A stretch of 53,146 bases of DNA, filler included, from Catajapyx aquilonaris (Eukaryota): assembly GCA_000934665.2 (NCBI GenBank). It is 2 parts of 2 records of this genome, joined end to end, with 100 filler letters (N's around TTAATTAATTAA, not from the genome) between each part and the next. Parts side by side here need not be neighbours in the genome. Positions count along the whole stretch, not along the records: positions 1 to 26,550 come from JYFJ02005203.1; 1 more part is not named here. One strand, given 5' to 3'. Numbering within the stretch: position 1 is the first letter of the stretch; the number at the start of each line of letters is the position of its first letter. Positions 10,506 to 23,918 of this stretch are shown piece by piece. The notes below the pieces were generated by a model. The model saw only the letters and a list, made by a program, of their open reading frames with translations, searched no databases and had not been told where the DNA came from. Position numbers and translations under genes: made by a program.

Positions 10506-11360
10506 CCCTAATAAGACGGGCGTATCATATGCTGATATGGTAGCTTTAAAAAATTCTGCTGACGAAACTATAGCGTTTTCCCACTATGTAACTTGGTTTC
10601 TGTGTGGCTTTTTAAATTTTCTCTCGCGTAAAAAATCGCGAGTTTGCAACTAAAAAATCATGCATAAATAAACAAGATTAACCAGATTAACTTGAATGAA
10701 ATCATCTTTTTTGCAGCCGCTGAAAAAAAAAATTAAAAAAGAAAACAAATCCGACCTTGACCAGCTAATTTTTGGCACACACAGTTGCCCCCAAACCTCC
10801 TCAAGAGATTGCACCCGAAAATTAGTGCAAAAGATGATTCAATAATTTTAAAATAAATAAATAATGTTCATAAATGCCAATTACCGGCTGGCGGGCGTCT
10901 GGGCACTTCAACACCGGCCTCCGTATGGCTCAAGGGGCGCATGACCCGCGCGGTTTTTGAATAGGTGATGCGAAAGGGATGTTTACACACTGGAGGGGTT
11001 GTGTGTTTATCAATATAACTCGCCTAGGAGGCCTGTGACGTAATTCATGCCATGTGCTTATGTACTACTATGTTCAGTGGTGCCAAGGCTACATACCGAT
11101 AATTTTTTGTCAAGCAGGCAAAGTGACAAAAAATTGGAGTAGGCGCGAAACGTACCCCCCTGTGCCACCTCTTGCGCATATAAGAATTTACCCCTCCGTA
11201 TGGCATGAGAGGAGGGTTACATAGATGGCCTCAGGATCAAGCCTGGACACTTGACGATCTTATTCACTAGTGTTTTCAAGTCTCGTCCCCCAAGTGCCAA
11301 AGCAAGCGAATTTTTTGCAGATCCTTGCAAAAACGTGAAAAACCACCCGTCTTATTAGGG
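10506..11360. mobile_element. piggyBac-type non-autonomous element (855 bp)
   Basis: TTAA-CCCTAATAAGACGGG ... CCCGTCTTATTAGGG-TTAA: perfect 15-bp TIR and TTAA TSD. CpG-rich relative to its flanks. Confidence 0.9.
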
Positions 11361-12999
11361 TTAAATATGGTTTCATATGCCGTTGGAGAGTACTGGTGAC
11401 ACCAGAGAGTATGCAGGTGGCAATACAGTAAATACCAAAAAGGATTCAGCACATATATCTGGAACAGACAATGCTACACACCCGTACCTCATGTAGGCCT
11501 ATGAATCCCCACCCCCATGTTATCCATTATTTTGTTGAGAAATACCAAGTTACTGAGATAATCAATTCCCCTTGTGTATGTAAACAACAAAGATGTGAAC
11601 TACAAGTGAACTTCTTGAAAAGTTAAAATTCATAAACAGTGCAGAAATTTGGGTCAAGATCCTGCATTTGGGAATGTAACTTAATTCATAGAAAGAGCAA
11701 CTTCTGAGTTTCTTGTCATTAGTGCCACAATGTTAATTCAAATGAAAGTTAGCCAGTCAACGATATGTGGACATGGTTACAGATATGTCCAGGAACAATT
11801 ACACTAAAATCCTGACATGTCTCATCTACCAATGGAGCATATTTTGTGTCTTGCAATCAGCAGGAGAGTCAGAAGACATTCCGAGAAGGCCTCATCAGGC
11901 CCAACACTGTAATAATTTGTGACACACAGGGATAGAAGACAGAACAGGGATAGAGGAGGCAAGTGAAAGAAAATGAAAGGCTACCATGACATGGAAATGG
12001 TGTATTCCAGTGTACTCTCAAAGAATACTGAGACACCTGCCCAAATGTCCAATACATCTGCCACAAAATTGCTGGAGTAACTGAGGAAGAATCCATCAGG
12101 TAGCTCTGAGGGACAGGTGTATCAGACATTCAGTCCAGCAATGGGATAGGTGTCTCAATTGTCTTGGGGAGTGCATTTGAATTAACCTATGTTTCAAGGC
12201 TATTTTTTCTTTTCTTTTGAAGCATCCCCCTATATACCCCTGTCACCTTTTCTTATGGTGGTTGGGTCAGATAAGGTCTTGAATGGGAGGAGAGCAGTTT
12301 TTAGAATAACATTCAGTGCTCTACCATTTGAATGTCAACCTAATTTGATCCAGGGTTAGATAAGGCATATCCAGATTTTTAGCATATTTATTTTTGTACA
12401 TCTTAATATAGTCCCCGGCAGGTTAACTTGGCAGTCCGGCCTCCTAACACTCCCAGCCAATGGCGTGCCTGGATTGGGATTTGGGGGGGGGGGGGGGGGG
12501 NGGGGGGGGGGGGAGGGGGGTGGAAATGGAGTAGTCGAGGTGGAGTGGGGATGAGTGACATTCACTGGATCAGTGCTTGAAATACATGTGTATACATATT
12601 GTCATTAAAGGTTTGCTTTAAGATGTGTGTCGCAACAATTCACGTTATCAATATTTCCAAGGAGGCAGGGAGCGGCGGGGGACAAGAGGGGGCATTGCCA
12701 GAAACCCCCACCCTGACACGTTAGGGGGCAACCTACTATAACTGTGTCCACTTTTGTTTGACTGACTGACGTTCATTTGCATGAACCTTGTATCTTCTTA
12801 AGTGTTAGCACTCCCTATCTATCATAAAACAGTTGGTGTGGCCCAGTTTGTGTCTATACTGAAAAAAATTATGCCACAAGTTGTTGGTGTTAGTGACATT
12901 GCTGCAAAGCCAGTATACTCTTTTAGAAGTCACTGTTGATTGCTTGCTTGTTATAGTAATCGTGTGAAGAATGCTCAGGCAGATATTGAAACACTATAT

Positions 13000-13214
13000 C
13001 AGTGGTTCCCAACCGGTTTGGGGGGTCGCCAAGGTTGTTTTTACATTAAGAAACACTCAGCTGCGAATAAGTATATTATGAAGTAATGAAAATATTTTGT
13101 TTTCTTTACCCTATAAAAGTGTCTTTTTTTTCTCAAATCTTGGGGGGAGGGAGGTCACAGGTTACTTGGCTATTATAACCTTGGTCGCGACTCAAAAAAG
13201 GTTGGGAACCACTG
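13000..13214. mobile_element. hAT (Charlie/Chap-like) MITE
   Basis: CAGTGGTTCCCAACC ... GGTTGGGAACCACTG perfect TIR, with 8-bp flanks cactatat/cactatga. Confidence 0.85.
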
Positions 13215-14702
13215 CACTATGATCAAATGTATTAATTATGATATCATCTGTTAATGGAATTGATTGTGTAGTTTCTTCCTCCAGATATACTGGTGCATCT
13301 GGGGTGAGGGTTTTTAAATTCCCTTTCCTTGCCTTAGTAAATTCATTTGATGCATTGTCTATGCCAGGAACATAGTTCAAAGTTCAAACTGATCTAGATA
13401 GAGGAGAGCTTTAAACTCAGGAGGAGGCCTCAGTTGCTCTTTTGAACCCTATGATTCTGTAAAATGGTCTTTCTCCTCACATTGGTACAAGTGTAGTTGC
13501 ATATCATTAACTTGCATACACCATGTGAATTACATTAACGCACAGCTTAGAGATAATGGTCATTCAAGTCAAAGATATTGTTCCAGTATGTATAGAGTTG
13601 AGTAACTCTTTGGAAATTTCGCTGTGAAAATTCTTCATTGTCACTGACCACAATTCAGTTGCATGAAAATGTGTCGTCTAGCAGTGGTGGTTTTTATGGA
13701 GCGGCTGTCAAAGGTTGTAGTGGAAGTGTGGGTGGCATTGCTGTTAGAACAACTTATGAAGGGAAAAATTGGGCTTCCCTCTTGTGTGATTGGTTCTTGT
13801 GAGACCAGTCTTCCTTTGCAACCTTGGATATTGGTTCTATATTAATGTAAGTGCCAACAATGTGTGTGCCAAAAAGCTCCTGCACAGTCCAATGCATACC
13901 ATAGTTCATTAAGTGCACTAAACCGACTAAGGGAATACTGAGAAGTGGAAACCTTGCAGGATATGTGTGCCATTTTGTATCATTGCATATTCCTTTCTTG
14001 CTGTGCACAATTATTGGTGTACCATCATAGTGGGCACTGATCAATCAAAAGCTAGTCATGTTTGCCTTTAGGATTTCTCACGGATTGTGACTGAAATCCC
14101 ATTTGGTGCCCTTAAACCATTTCAAGTGTTTCTTTTCTCTTTAAAATACTAGAACTCTCATTTACACTGAATTATGTTTTGTATTGTATTAGTGTTACAT
14201 TGGTTGTCCTCAACCCTCAAATCACATTAACTTGGAACCTTGACAGTACAAAAGAAAACTTGAGTACTGGGAGATGCTCTTTATGCTGGAAAATATTATT
14301 GTGTAGTGTACCCAACCCATGACTGCTGTTTCTATGATTTTAAAATTTTTGAACTGATTTCACTGCAGTGCATCTTGCTCCATAGGTAGAGAGCTACTTA
14401 TAAAGGTTTGATGTTATATTGATTAGAGGTTAGACATATACCCAATGAATGCATTTTCTTACTTGGAAATTAGCATCTTGGTGTTTTTCAATTTTTATGT
14501 TGTAAATCAGGTGGTGCAGAGGGTGTGTATGAAATGGAGCACAATTATTCAGACGCTACAAGTGATATCAAGTGCAACACTTCCGATGAAAATGCCAGTA
14601 CATGAACATGATAGAAGTAGGATGATGTTATTTTAAAACTCTTCATTCTTTTTTTTAGCACATTTAAAGTTGGTCATTCCACGACATATGGATTCCATTA
14701 TA

Positions 14703-15028
14703 CAGGGTGTTCCAGCTGAAATATTTACAGTAGTTAGGTGCACTAAACTGATTATTATCAAGCAGTTACTCTCAACTAATGACTGTGGTGACATGTCCAA
14801 TCAGAAAGATACCAACTATTGACACTATTGAAGGAACTTCGTCCCACCTGTAGTGTGTGCAAAACAGGAATAGTAGTTGACCCATGGATTTTTCCATCAA
14901 AATAATTTGGTCAGTTAATTATTTTATAGTTCTAACAACTAACTGTTGGAAAGTTACTGCTGAATAATAAACTGATTTTGTGACCAAAAATCACTTACCA
15001 TTACAGACACTCCAGTTGGAACACTGCG
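14703..15028. mobile_element. Degenerate mariner-type MITE (CAGGGTG ends)
   Basis: TA-cagggtgttccagctg ... cagttggaacactgcg-TA. Confidence 0.5.
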
Positions 15029-15313
15029 TAAGCCAAATATTTTGTAAGCACATAATTTTTTTGTCAACTGGGAACAGCACATTTGTTTCAGGACGTGTGC
15101 TTAACTTTTCTGACTTATTGATAGCTTTAACTTGTTTATTTCGAGGAGAAAGTATTAATATATGAAATACCAGACACGTTCCCGCCTACTGGCAAATCCA
15201 TGAAACTTATGAAGAGGGTTGTAGGATTATAAAATTAATCATCACACCAGTATGGCGTAGAGTTGCCCAGTTCTGCAATGTAGTAGCTGGTATTTCCTTA
15301 TTCGGTTGCAGTA

Positions 15314-15475
15314 CAGTGCTGGCCATATATCGAGGCAACCGCCAGCGACATTTTTCCGAAGCGGCGGAAGAAGGAATCGGAGATAAGCATGCTACAAGCC
15401 GGGCGAACCAGATTCCTTCTTATGCCGCTTCGGAAAAGTGTCACTGGTGGTTGCCTCGATATATGCCCAGCACTG
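15314..15475. mobile_element. Near-palindromic MITE (162 bp), TA TSD
   Basis: Arms of about 65 bp: cagtgctggccatatatcgaggcaaccgccagcgacatttttccgaagcggcggaagaaggaatc and gattccttcttatgccgcttcggaaaagtgtcactggtggttgcctcgatatatgcccagcactg. Confidence 0.9.
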
Positions 15476-18400
15476 TACATAGTAAAAAGAAGGATGGCAG
15501 AAAGCATTCAAATATCACTGAATTATTTTAGTTGTGTAGCATCTATGCAGTTCTGCTGTTCATAATTTTCTTTCATATGCACCCTTCTGTTTACACATTA
15601 TGGACACTATGCACTGGTATTTATGAATATCTGGTGCTGTGTAGGCATGGGTAACACAAAGCCTTATTTGAGGAGATCAGTGTTAGTAGTGTGGTTGTTC
15701 ATATGCCACATGTGTCCTTTTGCAATGTACAATATAGAACCTATTGTTATCTATATCATTGCCAAATTCTTGCATGGCTCGTTTCACCTATCAGCCTGGA
15801 CACACTTGTGTGTCAAGTGGAATTATATTCAAGTGCCATCTTTACCTTGACTGATTTGTGCTGTCTTCCATGGAACTCTCTTCCCCCAAACTCAACCTTT
15901 TAGGTACTGAGATGATAATATGTGAACTTTCTCTATTTTCTATTTACTCCATGTGTATCTCAGAACCTTATGACGCTTAATGACACACTTTTAGGTGGAA
16001 AAGTCACATGAAAAGTATAAGTTGCAAGTAGGGTAGAGTGCCATTTGGTACCTGTTAGAAATGCTGGGAGTTGACAACTGTTTGAAAAAATTGATGCCTT
16101 TGGCTTTTCACAGCTGTTTATTCTTTGCACATCTTTAGTAAATTACCCCCATCTTGGCCTGTGCCAGTGACTACTCCAATCTTGGCTAAACATGGCATAG
16201 GCATAGCTCTCATACAGTATGTGAAATACAACCACCATAGTGCATAATATTCTGCATAGTCACAGACGTACATGAGAGAAAATTAGAATTATTTTTGTTC
16301 TCAGCAATATTGGCCTTATATTAAACCTGAAAGGAGAAGATTTGGAACAATATAAAAATGGACAGATTATGGATCATTGAATGAAATTTCAAGCCTGTAA
16401 GTTCTTGCAATTGAATTACATGATCAGCTAGGATGGAGACATTGACAATGTTAGAAATAAAACATCTAGAATGACCTCAAGTATAGAATCATGCATAGCT
16501 CTTGAGTGTCAGAGTATGCTTATGTAACTTTAATAGCCATTTAATGTATAGTGCTAAGACCTATTGCTGCAAACTTTAGTCAGTTTGGCTCTTGGGAAAG
16601 CGCCCCCTTGAGAGTAAGGAACAAACAGCATTGCAAAAAGTAGTATAGAAAGTTGAGAAGGCGATGAATTAAACAAGGGATGGAAAGGGGCAAGGCAGAG
16701 GTGGAGTGCAGCAACAGTTTGGTGGAGTGGTAGCTGTGCATTACATGTACCTCCTGAACATGAAATGCCTTTGTAGTACCAGTTATGACCATTTCACAAA
16801 TTCAGTGGAAAGTGACTGGGACGGAAAATGGGGATATATGTCATATAGGGAGCGAAAATCGAGCAGTAGCCAATTCACAAGTGGCACTGCGAGTGGAGGC
16901 CTAGTGGTTGCCTAGTGGTTGCAGAATCACTGGAAGTCAACTTGACACACTTTGGGTGAGAGGGAAGTGGGTGGCGAAAGGTTCACTACTGCTCATGGGA
17001 ATGCACTTTCATGGAGAAAACAATGCTTTAAAAAGCTACATATTTACAGGCAATATTTTTCTCTTTTGATAAGTGTAATGAGTTTGGGAAGGAGGAAATT
17101 CATTATGTTTGCTTCACATTGATCAGTGACTTTAGATAGGGAAAAATGTCCTCAATGGCTACCACCAAGTTTATTCCAGTACAACCAAGGGACACAAGCT
17201 CCGCCATCCCAAGGAGAAATGCTCTATCTATAAAACCAGTCAGGTTAATGGTTATGTGCAGGCCTGGAACCCATCCCACCTGGCTCACTGGGGATACAGA
17301 ACCTGCAAGCAATTTTTTTCCCTAATGGTATTGTAGATAGGGCATTTCTCTTTGTGATAGCAGAGTTTTGGAGAGGTGGTTTTTAAATTTTGTTTAAAGA
17401 ATGTTTCAGGCTTGGTTATCCAATGCAATATAACTTGGAGAGAAGATCTATGCACATGTCCACCAGGAAAATAATGGTGACAGTTGTCCCTTTTATTATC
17501 ATTAAATTCTTAATGTTGAGTTAATTCGTCATGCTTAGACCTGTCTGGTCACTTGAATTCAGGGTTACCTCATAATGTTTGGAAAATGGGTTTCAACCTT
17601 TTGAACAATGTCACCCTCCAGCCTTTGTTCCATAAAATAGCCAGTAATGAGTAGTTAGATCATCTATTGAGAAGCCAGCAAAACACTCAACTCTGACCTT
17701 AAAAGACCTAACTTCGGGAGTGATGAATTAGTATACTCCCACCAATTGTTGGCATTAGGCTTAATTAATAAGCTCATCAGGCATGCATGAGTTGATAATT
17801 GGAGCCATACTGGTGAGAAGTGGCCTTTGCAGCAAAAAGTGTTGGCCATAGGTATAAACCAAATAGATGGACTGCACTGTCACTCTTTGATGCACTCCTG
17901 TCTCTGCACTAAGCCCATTCAAGAGCTATCTCACTGCCTTCCAGGCAATGCTATAAATCAACCGGATCATTTCGTGCTCGCTACACCCACCATTTTCTGC
18001 CATTGACAAAATATGACTTTGAAGTGGTGAATCTCAAAACCTGTGCTATGATGTTGCTTGATATGCTGTGTTTTGTGTTTTTGGATATGCTTTGAAGATA
18101 TTTACACTGAATGTCACTGGTAGCATATATTAGTTTAAAATAATAAAAATTCATCTTTTGACATTAGTAAACCTTGCAGTGGTTACTGCTATGGCAACAT
18201 GATAAATACTGCATATATGTGGATGTTGATGTCCTGTTGCAAGATGTTTCAACCTAATGTTGCTGCAACAGTTTTGAGGACCTGATAATAAGGACCAGAG
18301 ATTTAACCTTGCGGGAGAACAGGCATGAGTTGACTTGGTCCAAGGCTAACCTCAGTTCTAAAGAAGCATCACGTCAGGCCCTCAGGTCTGTTGCACCATC

Positions 18401-18579
18401 CCACACGTATTTTTAAAATGCCTCAAGTCCGTGGTGTCTTATTACCGGTGTAATGCATATGATTTTGAAGCTGAAATGCCTCTGAAAGTCTTTGTTACAT
18501 GATGGAGATTTATTTTGAGTGTTCATGAACTCCATCAAATGGAGGGCTCAAGAGAAGCAACATTATGGGGGGGGGGGNN

Positions 18580-18616
<37 letters not shown>
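18580..18616. repeat. (GA)n microsatellite next to a poly-G/N join
   Basis: Perfect dinucleotide run. Confidence 0.9.
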
Positions 18617-18619
<3 letters not shown>

Positions 18620-20316
18620 GACTGGAAGTGCACTAGTTTTGCACCAGAGGCAGTCCAAGATGCCAAACAATACCTCTATGCAGTCAACATTTGTGTGACC
18701 CTGCTGTCCATATTGCCCTGCATGAGAGGACTCAGGTGGAAAACAAAGATAGTCATAAAGTTGCCGGCATGGAGGTTTTGGCAGAAAACAGGTTCACGTT
18801 TAGCTGTATTCCCCCTACTAAAGTTGCTTTTTTGTGGTTCCCACTACCCTGCAAAGTTTGGTGGTAGAATTCTGCAACATCATCTAGGTATGCCAGCATT
18901 AGTTTAGCATATGCGCTTCCTGCTCAATGAAAGCTGGCTACTGAGATTAAAAGTTGCGTACTGCTGTCAAAAAAAATTGCAAATTCATGTAGCAATTATT
19001 TATTCAATTAGTGGTTAGTTGGTGTGTATTTTATGGGAATTATGTTTAGACAGCCAAAAGTGAGGCATATTTGAGGGGAGCTTAAGAGCCAAACATAACC
19101 AAACTTGCTCAAGTGAGAGAAGACCTATCCTGATGCATAATAAGCACAAAAGAATTTGCCATGTGGGGAAGAAAAATTACACTATGCTTACACCACTTGT
19201 CCACATATTATTAAACACCTCTCCCTTTCACATTGCACGTTCATTGGACAATACCATTATTTTGGAATTAGACCAGTACTACTTATCACACACAAAGATG
19301 CCAGTTGGCATGTGAAACACGCAATTCAACATGATAAGTTGGTATTGTGACCCAGGTTAGACAACACAAGTGTTGTGTAACCATTGTTGCTGGCCAACCT
19401 AAGTGCAGGGACACCAAAAGGTGTGTCCCCCTCACTTGGCTTGGCTGGGGCAACAGTACAATGTACTTGTCAAATTACACTTTTGGCAGTCATTGGTTCA
19501 TACATGCTGGCTATCTGCTGAAAGATCCATGAACATGACCATTATTGCCTGCAAGTGAGAGGTGTACTAGTTCAGTTGTGCCTAAGCCATTACAAAGTTA
19601 AAACTTCTATGCTTGCTTGCCTTTGAAATCTTAGAGGTGCCATTGTTATTCTCCTCCTCATGGCTCAACTCGTAGACACACAAGATGTGGTGTGTGCAGC
19701 TCTTGAGTTAAAAGTAAGAGTGTCACTTTACAGCCTTGCAATCCCCAATGTGTTACTGCAGGCTGCTGCAATAGTGTGCTAGTTATAAATGGTCTTTGCT
19801 CCTGAGCAAGGAGTTCTGTCAGGTGTTAAAAGGCCACGTTGTCAGTTTTTTGGAAAGTACATGTGGTGTTACATCTTATCAGGCTAGCCTGTTAGGTTTC
19901 AGTCCTGGACTAAAGTGAAGGGGTGTATGAGAGAGGCACCTTGCATTCAAGATTTAGACAACAACCAAATTCATCCATGAATGTTGAAGTTATGCCATCT
20001 GGCACAAGTTCAGATACCAAGTTGACACAAAAAGTTGGTAAAATACAAATTAAGGCAAGAGGTAGAGCCACTTTCTTATGGAGAAATTATGGTAAGAGTG
20101 TTGCTCACCAAGGTACAAGTGATCTGGCTGCAGCATGTTTTAACCTGTAAGCATAAGTGCATACAACAAAAAGACTGGGTCAAATGTATCATGATGAAAA
20201 TGATAGGCTCATTAGGAGTCGCTTACACAACACCTAAGAAATTGAACCCATTTCAGACACAGCCCATTATTTAGTTACTAAAACAGCCAGTATAGCCAAT
20301 GATTATCTGATTTAAT

Positions 20317-20659
20317 GGGGCCGTCCAGACGGGCCAACCTTAGCCGCGGCCAACCGCGGCTGGTCGAGGCCGCGACGGTTCACACGGCAACGGCCACGGC
20401 TCAGAAGTTGGCCAAGTTGGCCGACTTCCTGGAAGTTGGCTCGCTGCTTGGCCACGGCTTGGCCTCGGCGACGGATACTGCGCGTCACTTGTTTTTCGTC
20501 GCTGCCATGACTACCGGCCACTATTACAAATGCGGGTGGCTGTTATTAAAATATGTGCCCGTCTGAACGGGTACCGTGGCCAGCCGTGGCTCCGCAAGCC
20601 GGGGCCGACGCCAGGGCCGCGGCCAGCCGCGGCTAAGGTTGGCCCGTCTGGACGGCCCC
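20317..20659. mobile_element. PIF/Harbinger-type MITE (343 bp), very GC/CpG-rich, probably recent
   Basis: Perfect 34-bp TIR GGGGCCGTCCAGACGGGCCAACCTTAGCCGCGGC with a 3-bp AAT duplication on both sides. Confidence 0.9.
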
Positions 20660-21777
20660 AATATCACTAAATTGCCATTTGGCACAGAATGAAAGAACAC
20701 TACAGTATCAACACATTCATCCTTGTTGACATGAACTCAGATGATTGGCTGTACTAGCGAAACTGTTTTAGCAACCAAGTAGAGGCCTGGTTCTAGAACA
20801 GATTTGGTTTCCTTCGTGCTTTGTGTAAATGGCCCTTTAATCCCACACCAACCCAAGCAAGATATCTCTGGCTGATCAAGCCCAATTGACCAGATAGAGT
20901 TTCCATGTCATGAGTAGGCTACAAGGTGCTTGTACCTTAGAAATTGAGTGGTTGGAGGAAGAAGGGCATATTCCAATGGTATTCAAATCTATGGTTTTGC
21001 ACTGAAAACATTTGCATTCCATCTGTTATAAGTATATGAAAGTTAGAGTAGAGTGGGATACTCTGTTTTTCCCCAGCACGAAAAAAGCAAGTAAGGTTGC
21101 CTGAATTTTGCATAATGTTGTGCATGACACTCATAATCATGTCCCAATGAGGTAAAACATGGCATATTCGAGTGACCATTGGGAAAGGGGTATGAAGAAA
21201 AAGAGAGTGCAAAATCTCAAAGATTGGCAGAAATAAGCTGCCAGAATGCTGCAGTGGTAAAACTTTACTTGCACCCATGAAAAGTTTTCTTCCACTGATC
21301 CGCTAAGTTATCCTGTGCATCACATGGCAACTTGGTGTGGTTTTGAGGGCTTTATTGCCCTAAAATATCTTGTTGGGTTCAGAGTGGGTAGTGTGGCGAT
21401 TAATGCACAACTGTGTATCTGGACTTACTCTTGGTTTTATTTTGACTATAACACCAGGACCTCTTGTCCTCAATTAGTGCGTTACACCCTATCCCGTCAG
21501 TGTCAGAGGTGCCACTGTAATGGGACTGTCTCTGCCAGCATATCCAATAAAGCATTTTTAGGATAATCTTGAGTGTGTCTGCCTCACTGTATTACACTCA
21601 CATGTTCTCAATGTGTTTTGAGTTAAGGAAACTCCTATGATAATAACATATTACACCCATATAATCGAATTATTGCAAATCATATTGCAATGTTATGCAA
21701 GTTTCCAGCAACATCAGCAATTGCATAATGCTAAGTTCCCCTCTGTCATTGACTGCTGCAATATTAGGAGCCACTTA

Positions 21778-21902
21778 GGGCCGGTTTCACCGAGCTCAGT
21801 ATATGATAAAACCAGGTTTCTTTAGGAAAATCCATACAAATAGATAGGGATTTTGAGAAATACCCTGGTTTTATCATATACTGAGCTCGGTGAAACCGGC
21901 CC
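21778..21902. mobile_element. PIF/Harbinger (Tourist-like) MITE (125 bp)
   Basis: Perfect 39-bp TIR GGGCCGGTTTCACCGAGCTCAGTATATGATAAAACCAGG with TTA TSD. Confidence 0.92.
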
Positions 21903-21917
21903 TTAATGAACCTTTAA

Positions 21918-22430
21918 CCCTTGATGGCTGGGTTTTTTTGGCTGCTTTTTTCTTTTCTCGCTGAAAATTTGTAGGAGTGATATTAATGAAAAACAATATG
22001 CTCCAATATTTATCATTTTAACTCCTGGTGGTCCTTTTGAATGTAAAATGCTGAAAAAATTTATCTACAGGGTGTTCCAGAAAAAAAAAATTCAAGTGCA
22101 ATTGACATGAATGTAATGAAATTTATTTAAATTTTTAAATTCACTATAACATTGTTACTATGGTTACAAAATAATACTAAAACACTGTACTATGAGAAAT
22201 TCCTAAGAGTCCAGACTTACGGGCCACTCTGTTCTGACGCTGCGGGAAGGGGTATGTTCAGCTCACGCTGGGAGGCAGAAGAACTGATTAGCATACGCCA
22301 TGGTAGTTGAGCCCCCTTCCATGAGATGGTAGGAGCAGTTTGAGGCTCAAACTGCGCCATTTCTGTCTAAACTCTAGTGCGCCCAGTTCAAAAACCAGAT
22401 CATCATATGACGATCGTAGGCCTCAAAGGG
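21918..22430. mobile_element. piggyBac-type non-autonomous element
   Basis: TTAA-CCCTTGATGGC ... GCCTCAAAGGG-TTAA, with subterminal palindrome gatcatcatatgacgatc. Confidence 0.7.
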
Positions 22431-23164
22431 TTAAAATTATAGATAACAATGAAAAGTGAGAGGGAAACTAGCATATTTTTGTTGCTGATGTGACTAGCAA
22501 TGATACTGAATGTTGCTATCACTTGATTCAGGTTCTTGACATCCTATCATGCTTGTAACAAGATCAGTTAATAATAACATGTGAAGTTAGGGAAAACTCC
22601 TTACAGAAGCAATATTTATGCGAGCAAGCAGCCCACCCTTGGCTAATATTTGTGGTCATGGCACCAAGGTGCAGCAACTGTGTATGCCAATGTTGAACAC
22701 CAGGCATGTAACATGCTATTGTTACATTTTCTATCAAATTTGTATCATGCAAGTACCTGAAGCTAACTTGTAAGTTATGTCAGCATATGAATTCACCTTT
22801 CACATCAATCTTAAGACCACTGAGATTGAGATCAGTACATTGTCGCTGAGCAGAAGTCGTTAACGACTTCATTTTCTGTGTGCTTCTGTGCTGTAAACAA
22901 CCCATTTACTATGCCAGGGTGGGGGAAAGACGTGAGGGCACTCACATGATAGCAGCTTCATTGCAAACATAACTCACTGCCTTTACATTGTTGTGCATGC
23001 TCCCCATTCTAAGGGCCAGTTGCAGGGTCTGTGGTAAAACCAGAGCAAGTAATTAAACCTATGTGAATAACATGCCTTTAACCACTTGTTCAGGGTTTGT
23101 CATAAAGCACACAATTGGCCCTAAGGATTCAATGAGTGTGAGGGACTTGATTAGAAAAGTATGA

Positions 23165-23320
23165 AGCAGCGTGTACATGTGAGAGATTTGACGAGCGAAA
23201 TCGTCATCAAGGCTGAAATTAACAATCAATTTTCGCCTCAAACAATATTGGTTTACTTGGGTTACGTAGCCTGACTTTGCTCCACCTCTCTCGTCAAATC
23301 GCTCACATGTAAACGCACCT
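23165..23320. mobile_element. PIF/Harbinger-type MITE (156 bp)
   Basis: agcagcgtgtacatgtgagagatttgacgag / ctcgtcaaatcgctcacatgtaaacgcacct, with a TGA 3-bp duplication. Confidence 0.75.
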
Positions 23321-23645
23321 TGAATGATGATGTGAACTTCTCAGTGGAGTGAAAGTGCATTAAAAGTAACAAAAATAAGAATGCTATTTTGAAATATTAC
23401 AAAAATTAATATGACATGTTGCTAGTGATGTCATTGTGGAAAGCCAAATGCTTCCAGAATGAATCATGCAGAATGGTGCTGTTACCTCTTGTGAAAATTT
23501 AGAAATGTTCATGTTCCAGAGATGTGTCCAGTAATGCAAAGAAACAAATCACATCTTCAAGTCAAATTCATTAGCAAGATTTGTGCCCATGGCCTACATT
23601 ATATTTTTCTACACAGACCTGAATGACCTGTGAGATGGAATAATA

Positions 23646-23918
23646 CAGGATGTCCCGCAAATCTGGACCCATAGGAGTTTCCTATTACATTGTTGTAGTA
23701 GATAGTTACTATGGCTACACACACCAGAGGTATATATGGCAATGCTACAACCAAGGGGGTAACCACTCTGTGGAACCGGTGTACAGGGTCCCTGTGGAAC
23801 TGGCTTGGAACCACCCACTTCCAGGAACTGGTGTACACTTTTTTGGGGAGTGGTTACCCCCTTGACTACAACAATGAAATAGGAAACTCCTATGAGTCCA
23901 GAGTTGAGGGACACCCTG
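23646..23918. mobile_element. Mariner-type MITE with long TIRs; left arm carries an extra segment of about 50 bp
   Basis: TA-caggatgtcccgcaaatctggacccataggagtttcctattacattgttgtagt...caagggggtaaccactc versus gagtggttacccccttgactacaacaatgaaataggaaactcctatgagtccagagttgagggacaccctg-TA. Confidence 0.85.
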
